64,000 nucleotides of DNA from Leptogorgia sarmentosa (taxonomy: Eukaryota), in contig OZ210885.1 in assembly GCA_964658305.1 (NCBI GenBank), positions 18,104,001 to 18,168,000 on the forward strand, in the 5' to 3' direction. A program made the translations under genes and the position numbers. This document shows positions 1 to 12,851 of this stretch, piece by piece. Position 1 is the stretch's first letter, and every line of letters begins with the position of its first letter. Under the pieces are notes generated by a model. The model saw nothing but the letters and a program-made list of their open reading frames with translations. It ran no database searches and was not told the DNA's origin.

Positions 1-920
1 TTGAGCGTGTTAACAAAGTTTTTACAAATGTTATTTTAAATTTACTAAACTTAGGCATAGTTCTTCCTCTTAACCGTTGGTCCATTGGAAAAATGCAAAA
101 AGAAATCAACAAACTGAAGAAGTTTTTTGACAACAAACGCTAAACGTTGTTATAGAACGCATTTCCGTTAGAGACGTTTGGACCTTTTGCAGCTACATGG
201 CAAGAAGTTCTTTGAAAGGCTGTCCTGTAGAATGTTAACATTTCTTGTGTTTCGACGTTTTGTTCCTGTAAAAATAAAGCATTGATTTCATAACCATGAA
301 TTTATTCTATATAATTTAGCAAAAATGTGGTTTTCCCAAACCACCAAACCTACCGTGGTTATTACTCTGGTCTTGCTGCAGATTATCGGAACTGTTTAGT
401 TCTTCTACAACTGAATTTGTCGTTTCTAAAATAATATTGTCTATTTAATAAAAAGGAACCTTATGTATATTTATTGCAAAAGGAACCTTATGTATCATTT
501 AAACATATTTGATTTATCAAATACCCGAGACCTGAGTGCATTTAATAGTATAGAAATATATACAATGCATGCAACTAAATAGAGATTTCATTTAAACATA
601 CCTGCATTCATAACTGTTATATCTTGCTGCAGATCAGGGATGTTAGCTTCTTTCACAACCGAATTTTCCGTTTCCAAACCTTATATATGGAAAGAAACAA
701 AAATCAACATCATATAAACTCGGAAGAAATTGACTAAATATTATAACAAGTGAAATAACCAAGAAAACCCACCATCGATATTTATCACATCCTGCTGTTC
801 ATAAATGGATGATCTTCCCATATCTGAAGCTGTCGATGTCTTATTGGTAACATTGCCTGTTAAAACAGAAAGAAAGTTGCTAGTGTAAATGGGCCTCATA
901 CTTGAGAGTACCAATATAAA

Positions 921-1083
921 TTAGCGAGGTTCAGATCCGACTTCCACTACCGCTACCATTAAGAGACCATAAACCAATCAGATTGTTCAAGTCTGTTCGG
1001 TTAACCAATCACATTTGTGATAGGTCACAGCGTATGGTTACAGTTACGGTAGCGGTGCGGTAGTGAAATCTGAACCTCTCTAA
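921..1083. mobile_element. Small palindromic MITE-like element
   Basis: Ends TTAGCGAGGTTCAGAT ... ATCTGAACCTCTCTAA are inverted repeats, with inner ACTACCGC/GCGGTAGT; no coding capacity. Confidence 0.5.
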
Positions 1084-2079
1084 TATATCATTGACTTACT
1101 ACACGTTTGTTGGTCTGTAACACTGCAGAAGGCAACTGAGCTTTTAATAGGTGCGTTATTTTTTGTTCGTTATTTTGGGACGATACTCACAACAAAGATT
1201 TCTTTGTTTTGTTGCTGTTGCAATACGATGGCAAAATTAGGTCTGCTATTTTTTTGCCAAATTTCATCATGGCAAAGGGAGGAGGTCAACCTTTTTAAGT
1301 ATCTAAAAAGGTAGATTGGGACAAATTAGCCAAACATATCTTGAAAGATTATGCAAAATACATACTTTGTTCACTTTAACATACTGTCCAGAAGTGTTGT
1401 AATACCTTTTTCGAGCAAAATGCTATCAATGTGAATGAGCCAAATGCTCGCTGATCTAAGGTGTAATTTTTCGAAGAAATTTCGTTTTGTAGACTTCTTG
1501 GCACGACATATATTCCTCATCAACTTCATAATTGCTGATCATGTCAAAACTGATATGCTGTGCACTCTTTCATTTTTTCTTCAACTTTTTTTGCACCTTT
1601 ATTAGAGCGATTCCTTGCAACTGTGGACTTAATCTTTCGAAAACAATCATCATCCATCGTGATTTTATTCTACAGTAAAGAAAGTGCTTGCTTCACATAA
1701 AAATATGCATGGCACTCCCCATGTTAATCCTGAGAATGATACATGTATTACCCTAATACACAGCAACATGTTGAGTACACAGGCTTCCAATTTTGATATA
1801 CTTTACTTACTTTGTTTCATTACATTCCCTGTTTGTTGTTATCAACGGAACCGTGTGTGGTTTCAAAGAAGACATCAACTTTGCACTTCCACACTAAAAC
1901 AAGTATGAATAAGTTAGACGTATTGGACAGACATCTAATATTCAGTGTAGTTCTGTTATTTCCGCAACTGCATACTTACTGCATTGTAGGAATTCGCCAC
2001 TTTGGCGGTCTTCACAGCAGGGGGTAACACATGCTCGCCAATCAAAAAAGTCGGACAAACATGGCGGAATTTATGTAAA

Positions 2080-3802
2080 ATGGTTACGACTAAACGGTGC
2101 GCTTGGGGCACTTGTTCGAACGATTCGCTGCTTCCTCATCGTCACAAAAACAACAGTAAAGGAGATGAGATATTTTTTTTACATTTTCCTGGCGTTAAAT
2201 CCCATAAAGAAAAGCGAGAGCGTTGGATTCGCGTGTGTCATCGAGGTGATGGCTTTGTATGCACAAAGCATAGCTACATATCGTCAGCTGAGGATTAACA
2301 AGGTCTATCTACATTCTGAGTAGTTGGGAGAAGATCACTTCTGAACTTTCCAAAATCTCAACCACAGTTGTATACTAAAATTTATATTAAAAGTGATCCT
2401 CTCCCAACTACTCAGAATGCAGATAGACCTTGTTAATCCTCAGCTGACGATATGTAGCCTTCATTTTGTTGGAGAAAATGGACCCACTCTCGAACATCCA
2501 GACCCTATATCCGCAATAGCAAGTCGGGAAAAGGTAAATCTTCTTCTACATAACTTTAGCAAACGCATGTGTTAGATTTGTAGATATTCTCATTAGCATT
2601 TGTTTATATTAATCAGACCAATGGACCATAACTTCTTGAATAATTCACTCGTGTACGTGTCTAATTGAGTTTAACTCTTTGATCGTGTATTAGGTTGAAA
2701 AATTGAAGGAACCTCGAAAAAGACCATCGACGAGGGTGTATTCCTCACCCAAAAAACAACCCCGCTTTTCAAGGATGGATACAGCTAAAGCCCTTCTGGA
2801 CTTGAGCGTTGATTTGGAAAGGGAGTCTAGTCTACCTAAAGCAGCTAACATCCAGCAAACCAGTGCCACCGAGAATCTAATGGTCGAAGAAAATGTATTG
2901 CCCGACTCCCAGCTTATTTCAGAGCCTTCGAAAGAGCAGGATGTTCAGACAGACATAACTTTGGAACACCTGAAATTGTATTCCACAGAGAGTCTATCAA
3001 GTGCTACTGAAATTAAAACTTATATTTTCTTCTGCAGGCTAAAAGCACATGTGTGTCCAAGCTTACTACACATGAACAGTTTGTCTTCACATTGGTCAGA
3101 ATAAAGAGAAATCCAAGTCTCACATGGTTATGCAACTTGTTTGGGATATCATCATCAACTGGTAGCAATGTATTCATTACTTGGGTGCTGTTCCTGGCAA
3201 AAGACCTTCAGTCATTTATTCCGTTCTCAACCCTGAAAGATATGGAGGGATTACCTCGACCACCAGTTTATCGGAACAATCCTTGTCTTCGAGCAATCAT
3301 TGACTGTACTGAGTTTTACATACAGAAACCATCCCTACCATCAAGTCAGCATCGTACTCACAGCAGTTACAAGTCAAATAACACTTTTAAACTGTTGATC
3401 TCCATTTCTCCAGTCCTACATATAAATTTTATTTCACAATTGTATAGTGGTTGCACAAGTGACAAGGAGATGACAAAGAAATGTGGATTTGTTGAAGCAT
3501 TAGAACCAGGTGACCAAGTAATGGCTGATAAAGGATTCAACATCCAGAATCTACTTGCACTTCAACATGTAAGATTAATTGCACCCCCTATTATGCACAA
3601 AGGCAGCATCTCTGCTAACTCAGCAACAGCAACAAGACGAGTGGCGACAAAGCGGATACATGTTGAAAGGATTATTAGAAGTCTAAAGTCATTTGCAATC
3701 TTACACGGCACAATCCCATTGAATATGCAATCATATATGGATTCAATAATAACTATTTGTGCAGCACTTGTAAATTTACAAACAAAGATTATTGATTATT
3801 GA
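2080..3802 (+). pseudogene. THAP + HTH + DDE_Tnp_4 (Harbinger/ISL2EU-type) transposase, spliced, disrupted by a MITE
   Basis: THAP MVTTKRCAWGTC...FP...W...YI|CSLHF is split by the 2282-2449 MITE. Intron 2534-2693. Catalytic motifs IIDCTE, MADKGF and RIHVERII lie in ORF 3053-3802. Confidence 0.88.
2282..2449. mobile_element. 168-bp palindromic MITE, copy 1 (4-bp TSD ATAT)
   Basis: About 59-bp TIRs CGTCAGCTGAGGATTAACAAGG...; ATAT on both sides. Removing it restores YICSLHF. Near-identical copy at 58974-59141. Confidence 0.92.
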
Positions 3803-3869
3803 TAAAAAATTGAGTAACTGAAACATCTCTGAGTTTCCAAGTATTGTTGTTCACTGCTGTCATAGCATT

Positions 3870-6800
3870 TCATGACAGGTTATGCAAGTCAAACAATACT
3901 CGCAATGTTCTGTGCATATGTTGTTGTTCTATAGTGGCATTACTGCATGTAAACCAAGTGTGGACCTCAGTGATATATTTCTCTGGATTCTCCTCATATT
4001 TTTCAATATTCTGTGAAAATATGGCAAATAATAATTAATTAAAATAGCACTAAGTTCATTGAAACAAACATGAAATTATCATCTTGATAATTTTTACCTC
4101 TGAGAAGTGTTTGATAAACAGTGACACAAAAATAGCACAGTTGTTTGATACAGCATCTTGCTGTGGCACCTACAATTTAATTATTTTAATTTTATCAACA
4201 TAGGAATTTTACATTTACACATGTCAATGTGAGTGTAAAGGACAAAGTTCACCAATGACCAAAAAGATGTACTTCAGCCTTTAAAATGTGATTTGTGCGA
4301 GGTTTCCTTGTAATATCACTGTGAGTTTGAAACATGTAGTCCAAATATCTTTAAACAATAAAAAGTAATGTAATCAATATCTATCAATGTACATAGTATA
4401 TGGAGTAAATTTACTAAAATGCCAACCGTGAGATATTGTCAAACTCTGTTCTCCTGATTTCAACATCCCAGGTCAAAGAGTCCAAAATGAGAATGTGCCT
4501 AAAATAGTAGTAAATCATAATACAGTTTACAACTGGTCAAAACTCAGATAGTTAGAATTTAGGAACAACAAATATCAATGAGCAACATGAAACTTGCTTA
4601 CGCTGGTGTTATGATGGCAAGAAACCAGTGGAGACTGCAAAAGATACATCAATATATGGTTTAGAGTAAGATTCAGTTATCAGCTAAACATTTTATAGTG
4701 GTACAAGTACATCAAACACATAAAAATATACCTTCTATTGATAGGAACAAACACATAATCATTTTCAAAGAGATCTGCTTTGAAATATTTCTCAGCAGCT
4801 TTCATCCTTTCGATTCTTAAAAAATAAAATTGCAGTTATAGATTGTGAATCTTTTGGACGATACCATGATGATGATGTAGTTGTGTAAGGTATGTCGTAA
4901 CTTGTGTTAGTATATCTACTACTAGCAATGAGTATAATGAAGCATTTGCTATAGGAACATACCTGGTTGATGTCCTTACTTTTAATTCCTGTTCTCCCAC
5001 AAGAATGGAATAAAACAGGGTATCCACAATCGGATAAACACAGCAATGCTCACTGAGAAGTAAAATATTTTACTGTCAAGAAAGTGCCAATATACAGTGT
5101 AACTACTGTAACAATTTATGCACCAATTACCTTATCATTACTGACAAAATTGTGTCAGTGATGAGTTGTCCTGGTTTCAGCGTGTCAATGTCTTCGGTCT
5201 TCTTCATAAACAGTAAATCCACCATATTTCAGTGACTTCATTTCAGACTGGCCACTGTTTGATTGGTACTGTTCAATATCGACTTTCTCAGTTGCAATTT
5301 TTTCAATTTTATTTATAATTATTAAATGAATAATTAGGAGATTATAAATGTCAACATTTGACACACATATTACAGATAAACATACATTATAAAGTACCTG
5401 TTTCACTATTCACAGATGTAGTGATCAATGCTGCCTTTTTTGATTTTTGCATTTGACTTTCTAACTTCACATTTTCATCTAATGAATAAATGCAATATTT
5501 AGTCCAATTATTATGGTAGATCTCAGACAAACAGACAATTTTGTCTGCATGGGCAAAGTCACATATATATACAGTATATCTAAAGTACCTGTTTCGCAGT
5601 TAGTGGATGCAGTCATTGTGACTTCTTCACTTCCATTCGCAACATCCTCTTCACCATTCACTTCGCTTTCTGTCTTCACTTTTTCATCTGATCAAATAAA
5701 TGAAACAATCCAATTTACATTTGATATCAGAAAAATAGACAACTGTGTTTGCATTTAGGCACATACATAAATTACACAATTCATACATGTACATAGTTCA
5801 TAAAAATATATTTACCCAATAACATGTGCAACTGGAAACTTTCCAACATGTGTGGAACCACCTTATTCAACCAGAATCACTTCAACTTTAGGCCAATCTT
5901 TTCCATGAACAATGGGGAATAATATATTCTGTGACAAAAAATCCCTTTACATGTCCACACTACCAAATCACACTCCTGTAACTCTGTCACATACATCAGA
6001 ACCTGGATTTGGTGATAATACCTGGAATTTTGCTTCAGGGAAAATGTGTTATTTTCCCACATACCACCAATCTCTGGTTGTAGAAAAGCTTCTTTTGGGT
6101 CAAGATTCTTATGGGACCATGGGCACTTGTACTCAACCACTATACTTTTGCAAGGTGGCGTACACTTGCAATGTGTTATATTGTCCGGGCTCCCTCCCAG
6201 GAAAGGCTTATTTCTTGAGATCATGAAGCCTTTGGACAACAAACTTAGCTGATGATGTTTGCTGGCTTCGATTCTATAGTATGCTTCTCGTGCACTGTCT
6301 TCGTGTTTCAGTCCCCATTCCAAGGGATTCTTTGGCTCTTCTGCAATGTGGTGCTTCATGGGATAAGGGACATTGTAATCGGCAATTGACTTTACCAGTG
6401 TTGAAACATCGGTTTCATGATTCCTCTCGACTGATATCTGCCTTGTATATACACTCTTAGCCTTAGAAGCAGTTATAAATCCCCTTTTATGTACATACCC
6501 TTGTTTGCATTTCCATTGTTTTTTTGTTTCCAAGTTTACCTTGTTAACATCTTGGTCTGTGAAATGGAGGTTTTCCATAAAGCTTTCAGCATTAGTAGCT
6601 CTTTTTTGCAAATGTTCATGCAACTTTTTCTCCATTATTCCAGGTGATGGTTGAGAACAGTTATTTCTAGTTGTGACATTGCTGTCAGATTCCTTGGATA
6701 GATCTTGTTTCTCTCCAACTCGCACTTGTTTTGCCAAGATTTCAAAGATAGCTGGTTTCTCTTTCATTTTCTCCATATCTGCTACTAGAGATGTAATTTC

Positions 6801-7654
6801 TTTTGCTCCACAAGGTTTCCTATCAATGTGTGCACGTAGGTCATGATCAATATACTGGCAGAATGTATACCCTCCCTTTTTCTTTTCCTTGCTCATAGAC
6901 TCCTCACGATCCTTCAATCCTCTTTTCCGAATTGGTAGATCCTTTACCTCACATGGGGTTGTATCTGGCTTTGGTTTGTGCACCCATTGACAAGGCCCAC
7001 TTGTCACACTTTTATTTCCTTCAGTATTTAGGAGGTTGTCAAGGGAATATAATGCTGCAGCAACATACTTACAGCCACCATCTCTTCCACCAAGACAAAC
7101 ACAGTACGCAGCAAGGATGCTCCCCCTGTTTGGTCCTTCAAGCACAAAGCACAAATCATAGAATTCTTTTGAATCTTTTGTTTTATCCTTCATTGAAGGC
7201 TTAACTTTGCTGACATATATATGCACACCTGCCTCTCAATTATATGTCGTCAATAACGATTCAACATATCCATCGTAGAACAAACGATAATTGTCGAACG
7301 ATTTATACGCTGCGAGGCCCTGCTTATCATATTCTGTTGAATGATAAATCAAGTGATTGATATATCAAACAATCTGAATGGAGGGGAATTCTTGAAGTCA
7401 TTTACCACATTCATTCTGAATGGATCTGACAACTGAACATTGTGAATGAATAAACTGCAACTTTGATTCAGCTTTTCCTCGGCTTCGCTGACTTTACTTA
7501 TTAATGGGAGATTAATTTCTTCTACAGCACATGCTATGGCGATCAGTCCAGGCTTCAGATGACTGTTCACACTTACTCCTCTATTTTGTAGGTAATCTTT
7601 CAGTTCTGCTAGCTTCATAGCCTTGAATTTGCTTTCTCGCGTCACATTATCCAT
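3870..7654 (-). pseudogene. ISL2EU second gene: SAP-like + SWIM + YqaJ/lambda-type exonuclease + C-terminal Ulp1/C48-like protease (multi-exon)
   Basis: MKLAELKDYLQNRGV (SAP-like); CVCLGGRDGGCKYVAA (SWIM); ITASK, WGLKHE, FLGGSPD, VEYKCP, YYHQIQ (YqaJ). Downstream exons read VFVPIN, HWFLAII (~4630), ILDSL (~4480), VPQQDAVSNNCAIF (~4140). Stops/frameshifts near 7350 and 5877. Confidence 0.8.
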
Positions 7655-7862
7655 CCTTAGTTTTCCTCCGCGAATTTTAATACGCGAAAACTGCGCGCGT
7701 TATGTATATAAGACAGATTACACGCCGCCATGTTTGTCCGACTTTTTTGATTGGCGAGCACGTGTTACCCCCTGCTGTGAAGACGCCAAAGTGGCGAATT
7801 CACAGTCACGTTTTTCATCGCCTTTAAATTGAACGAGTCGTCCCAGCCAAACGGGACTGTTG

Positions 7863-8225
7863 TCATTGACTGCATTTTTCCCACAAACTCACTGGAGCAT
7901 TCTTAACGAGAGTATCAGTAAAGTTTGAAATTTTAATTAAATTCAACTTTCTTCTTTCAGGGCTTATAGCTGGTAGATAGCTACTTATATCAAATTTACT
8001 ACTGAAACATTTTGCGATGCCAAAGACACTTAACGCCGCTTTCATTGCTGTTGTTTTTGCCCGACGGTTTCACCCATGAGCACCGTTGTAGGATATCCAT
8101 CAAATCCTTCAATCAGGAGATCGTAGTTTGCTGCCATGCCACTTGCAGCATGACACATTAAAGCTTGTGGAAAGTTATTTTGCAATAACTCTTTTTCTGC
8201 CTGTATTAATTCTCCCAGAGCTTCC
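7863..8225 (-). pseudogene. Fragment of a P-loop NTPase (DUF927/helicase-like, tentative)
   Basis: Across a frameshift it reads GYPTTVLMGETVGQKTTAMKAALSVFG, a degenerate Walker A. It begins after an AG acceptor-like site. Confidence 0.35.
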
Positions 8226-8751
8226 CCGAAATCTATTAAAAAATATATCATTGTAAACTATGTTTACGATGCCAAAAAATTTAGGTGTGATTTCAACATA
8301 GTAGAAAAGTTACAGATTAGAAAGCTGGGAACTAAAGCGGTATCAAAAAGAGCCGTTTTTTCATCTCGTGAAAAATACAGAAAGAAACCGGCATTAAAAA
8401 TAATCTTATTAATTCACTCGTTCCAAGATTAAATATTCTTCAACTTCAAGTCACTATCGGAAATTGATTGTGATTTTTTCAATGGCTATAAAAAGGCATA
8501 AAAGCAAATGGCCTTTAGGATATTTGACTCCCAACATGTAGATAAAATGACTGTAACTTGAAAGTACTGCACTTTAGTTCCAGTTTTATGCATTCCATCT
8601 TGCTGAACTATTAGATCACGTATAGATATGACTTTTTGTACCAAGGTTTGCATTTCCGCAGCTCGTTTACTGGGCATGCGATGTTGATAATAAGATTCTT
8701 TACCCACATTTGGGATAATTCGGACTAGGGGTAAAATTCCCCTAGCCATTT

Positions 8752-10455
8752 TATTGCTGCCTCAGCGAGCGAGCCTCAAGCGAGCGAGCAAGGCAGCAGA
8801 TCCTAATTTTATCATGTGGATCAAAATCAAAATTTACTATTGGCGCATTGCATGATGGTACCAGTAAATTTAGGGTGTTCGACCTGCATTTGCAGGACTT
8901 GTAATTTCTTCCTGTAAATTCTTCCCGTTTCGTACAGTGACTACAGTATACGAATGGCCGGCACGGCCGCATGGATATTTTTTATAATCCATTCCAATCT
9001 GATCACAGGTTTTAACACAAAGTTACCGTTGTTATTTAAGACGGTATTTATTTGGTGATGCGTTTGATGTGTTTGATCATGGATTTTATTTCACATGAAT
9101 AACCAGATAAGAAGAAAATATAATGGCTGCAGCGACAAGTGTTAATTTTTAAGCATTTACGTTTTTACAACACTATTTACTAGGGAGATTTATACACAAA
9201 AAAACCATGAAGCAAATTATACATTGGCACCGCATTGCTGATTGCTTTTGAAGATATTAAAGAGGTTTGCTATGGAATTTAAATCATCGAAGCAAAAATA
9301 TCATGACGCAAGTTATGCATTGTATTACCTTGAACACAGCGAATATTTAAGGTTATGAAAAAGGTATATGTCTTGACACAACGCACAATTGCGCGTATAT
9401 TTTCCCTACGATACTTTAGCGTGTCGGCACTGACACACTGTACATGCATGTTTGGACTGCCCGCGGTGTCATTGTGATCACGGAATATCTACTATATTTT
9501 GACGCTTCGTCATAGAGAATGGTTGAAGCATTCAATCCCCAGAAAATAGATTTTGTAGCTTGTAATAAAACGGGTTTGTGCGTTTATTAAGCGCGAGACA
9601 AAACAAACGAAATCATATACAGTTTCAAGTATTCTGTTCTGAACCTACGCGCATAGCGTCTAGGCAAATGCTGCATGAATGGACAGAATATATCATTATT
9701 ATATGATTTTGAAAAGGGTAATTTAGTTTTTAGAAAGCCACGTCATTTTTCACAAACAATTGCAAAGCGCTGTCTCTATTTTAAGGACGCAATAACATGA
9801 AATGCGATATCACATGTCGTCATGTTTCAAATTCCGGGATGCGAGATAGTCATGAAAGCTTATATCAAGTATTGAATACGTCTCACGTTTTAACCATGCA
9901 CAACCTCACGTCTTGAAAGGATAAGTATTTGCGCTATTCGCCTTCTCCCTAGCAGTGAACCATTTTATACATGCAAGATCGCGCGTATAGGGACAGATAA
10001 GATGCGTGTAGCGAAAAACCGAAAATAAATCAGATTTGATCACCGCTGGTAACCAAGATACATAGGTACAGAACATGTACACACTTTGTGTACATATTTT
10101 TCTGTTTATAAAGAGCTATTAGAAAAGATTTACATATTGTCTATTGTCAGAGATGATTTTAATATCACTTCAAACCTATTAATTCATACAAGTAAACCGA
10201 CAAAACGGTTAGGCAAAAAGACCTAAACAGGAACAGTGTAATGTATATACGGTTTTTATTGCAACTGTTCCCGTTTAGATTTTACAATATTGCAATGATA
10301 AATATATACATTGCACTTAACTTTCACCAACTAACTCATTCTGTAAAATTTTCATAATAATTCCGTTTTTTATTGATAACATTTTTTAGTTGTAGTACAT
10401 TCGATGACTACAGCTTGCGCTAAGGCAGCATTTCCTACCCTGTGGGTAACCTAGT
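8752..10455 (+). mobile_element. Non-autonomous Helentron/DINE-1-like rolling-circle element
   Basis: 5' TTATTGCTGCCTCAGCG with a local hairpin (TGCTGCCT...AGGCAGCA) and GCGAGCGAGC repeats. 3' subterminal inverted copy CGCTAAGGCAGCAT, then hairpin TACCC-TGT-GGGTA and CTAGT. T-rich insertion site. Confidence 0.65.
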
Positions 10456-11916
10456 TATAAAATTATTAACTCTACAAAGATTATTTAACTAATGATTGTT
10501 CGTATATATAAAAATTGTTTTGCCCAGTAAGATGAGGGCACAAATTATGCAATGATTCCAAAAAGTTTAACTGATGCACATTGGGGAGGAGGTGGGCTTT
10601 CAAAGATCCTCGTTGTTCGACTTCAGCGACTGTCTTCATCTGGCAAGCACGTTGCCTTATAATACTAGAAGTACATATATGCAGCAACCCCTCGCCTTAC
10701 TAACCAAATAATGCAACTATATTTTTGGAACATGAAGTACTTTAAAGCCTCCTGAGGTTGTTGTCATGGCAATATGAATGGAAATTCATATTTCTGTGTG
10801 TTTTTTTGAAAACTGTCAAAATATAAGCTTCTATCTTTGTTTTATTGGCATTTTTTTAAGTTGGTGAACCATTTGTTATCTGTATGTTATTAGGACTAAG
10901 ATAAACTTGAATTTATTGCAAAATACTGCATTTATTTTCATGGAACTTTTTATTTGAATATTCAAGTCAGTCTTTGATATATGAGTTTCCGGCCAATGTT
11001 TGCACGTTTTAGGATAAAATTTGTAAATATTTTGTGAAGCCTTGCATTTAAAAACATAAACTTATACTCTGGAATTAAACTGTACGCGGCTACGGCCGGC
11101 AACCTTTCATATCCATATTTTTGAGATCAGTGGTGACCACCCTTTGACGATGACCCAAAATGGCGGCCAAATCGAGCAACTTTGGACTCCGCTATGCTGA
11201 ATTATTACCCTCGCCCTGGGCTAACGCCCGGACGGCATTTCTTGCTGTGGCTCGGGGATCAGTGCACTTATCAAGGCTCCTCCTCCTTGTCTGGCTTTGC
11301 GGAACATCTAAGTTTTCTAACGCCATTCCTTTCCATCTTTACACCTCTATGTAATTCTCAACACTTTCTTAACGCCTTTGCCCATCACTATTTTTAAACA
11401 TTAGACACAAGACCGGAATGCATAAAACTCCTATTCGCTAGCAAATATTCTATTTCTCCGTTATTGAACAAGTTTAAAAAGGTTGAAAAATCTATATCTG
11501 GTGAATGTTGCTATTCACCATTAATTCGTACACAGGCCCCTGCCCCCAGATTACATTAGTAAGTAGAGGAAGCTTGCCATGTTTGTTTATAAGAAAACAA
11601 TGTTCTCTAATGGGAATCAGTGACCCACTGTGCTCCGTGTGGACGCTTTCATTGAACACCCAAATGTTGTTTGGTTGCTTCCCTATCACCTATAGGAATA
11701 GCAAATGTAATTCTTGGAATTGAAAGAGTATTTTCTAATATTGTATCTTATACCCATCCAAGTTCATAATTATAATAATTAGAAATTTGCTTAACAGTGC
11801 TAATTTTCAGGCCGCTGGGGTCGGTAAACGCCAAGCACTGCTCAAAACATACAAACTAAATGCCCTACGACTCCCAGATCAAAATACCCTATTTTTCGAG
11901 TGTTTATATCAACTGG

Positions 11917-12165
11917 TATAATACAAAACATAATCCAATAATTAACATCTTGAAACCCAAGATATGAGTTAAAACAAGACAAAAAATGAGTTTGTGATAT
12001 TTCGACTTTATTACAAAATCATCATCAGACTAACAGACTAATGGAAATATCACAAACTCATTTTTTGTCTCAGTTGTTTTAACTCATATTTTGGGTTTCA
12101 AGAAGTTAATCTTCGGATTATGTTTTGTATTATATTTTATGAAATTGTCGGCTGGTATTGGGTTT
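11917..12165. mobile_element. Foldback insertion with 14-bp TSD, Penelope-like terminal remnant
   Basis: About 85-bp inverted arms spanning 11917-12134. Direct repeat TTTATATCAACTGG at 11903-11916 and 12166-12179. CTGATGA...GAAA on the - strand in the loop. Confidence 0.55.
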
Positions 12166-12851
12166 TTTATATCAACTGGCATTCCTAAAATTACATGCAC
12201 AAACCGGGAAGTTCTCCGATAATTTTCGAGTTTATATGTTTACATATCTGGGCCAGTTGTTAAAAACTAGAAAACCGGTTAAAAAATGCTGTAAAGTCCG
12301 TTCCGCGAATTCTTTCTGCTCATAACAAAGTTTATGCTTTCCGTCTTGCTTGAGCCAACTAAAATATACGAGAACTACTATATGGGGAAAAACCACCGAT
12401 GGAGCTATGATGTGTTCTAATGCCATTCTTTTCCATCTTTACACCTCTATTTAATACTCTTATCGTAATTCTTCACACTTTCTTAACGCCTTTGCCCAAC
12501 ACTATTTTTATCCATTAGACACAAGACTGGAATGCATAAAATTCCTATGACAAACGCTGTTATGAGCAGGGAGAAATTGAAAACAACAGGTTTATAAATT
12601 TAAAATTTTCTTCAGACATTTCAGGAGATTTTATAGCATTAATACTTATTATCTGTGCAGAACTTCCGGACACTTGACCCTTTCAAAGTACTAATTTTAC
12701 ATGCTAAACATAGAAATGCTGCGTTTTTGTGCGTCAACGTTTAGGTTTTAAACCCAACAACAACCCCAATGCAATAACCCCAACTGGCCGTATAGAACTG
12801 AACATGATCTTTGTCATATCAAAGTATTCAGAGGCATTGCTGACTTTCGAG

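Larger units (their letters stand above)
1990..7801 (+). mobile_element. ISL2EU (PIF/Harbinger-related) DNA transposon, full length, two convergent genes, decayed
   Basis: About 78-bp TIRs at 1990-2067 (GAATTCGCCACTTTGGCG...ACAAACATGGCGG) and 7725-7801. THAP-DDE transposase on +, SWIM-YqaJ gene on -. No clean TSD seen. Confidence 0.9.

Noticed and set aside
1..1660. Possible decayed - strand gene ending in a Cys cluster (LPCSCKRSK...), with duplicated mini-exons at ~373 and ~623
   Set aside because: Too many stops and frameshifts to assign a product or boundaries.
5877..7226. Prophage recombinase or bacterial contamination
   Set aside because: The YqaJ domain is in an intron-containing gene within ISL2EU TIRs; there are no phage structural genes.
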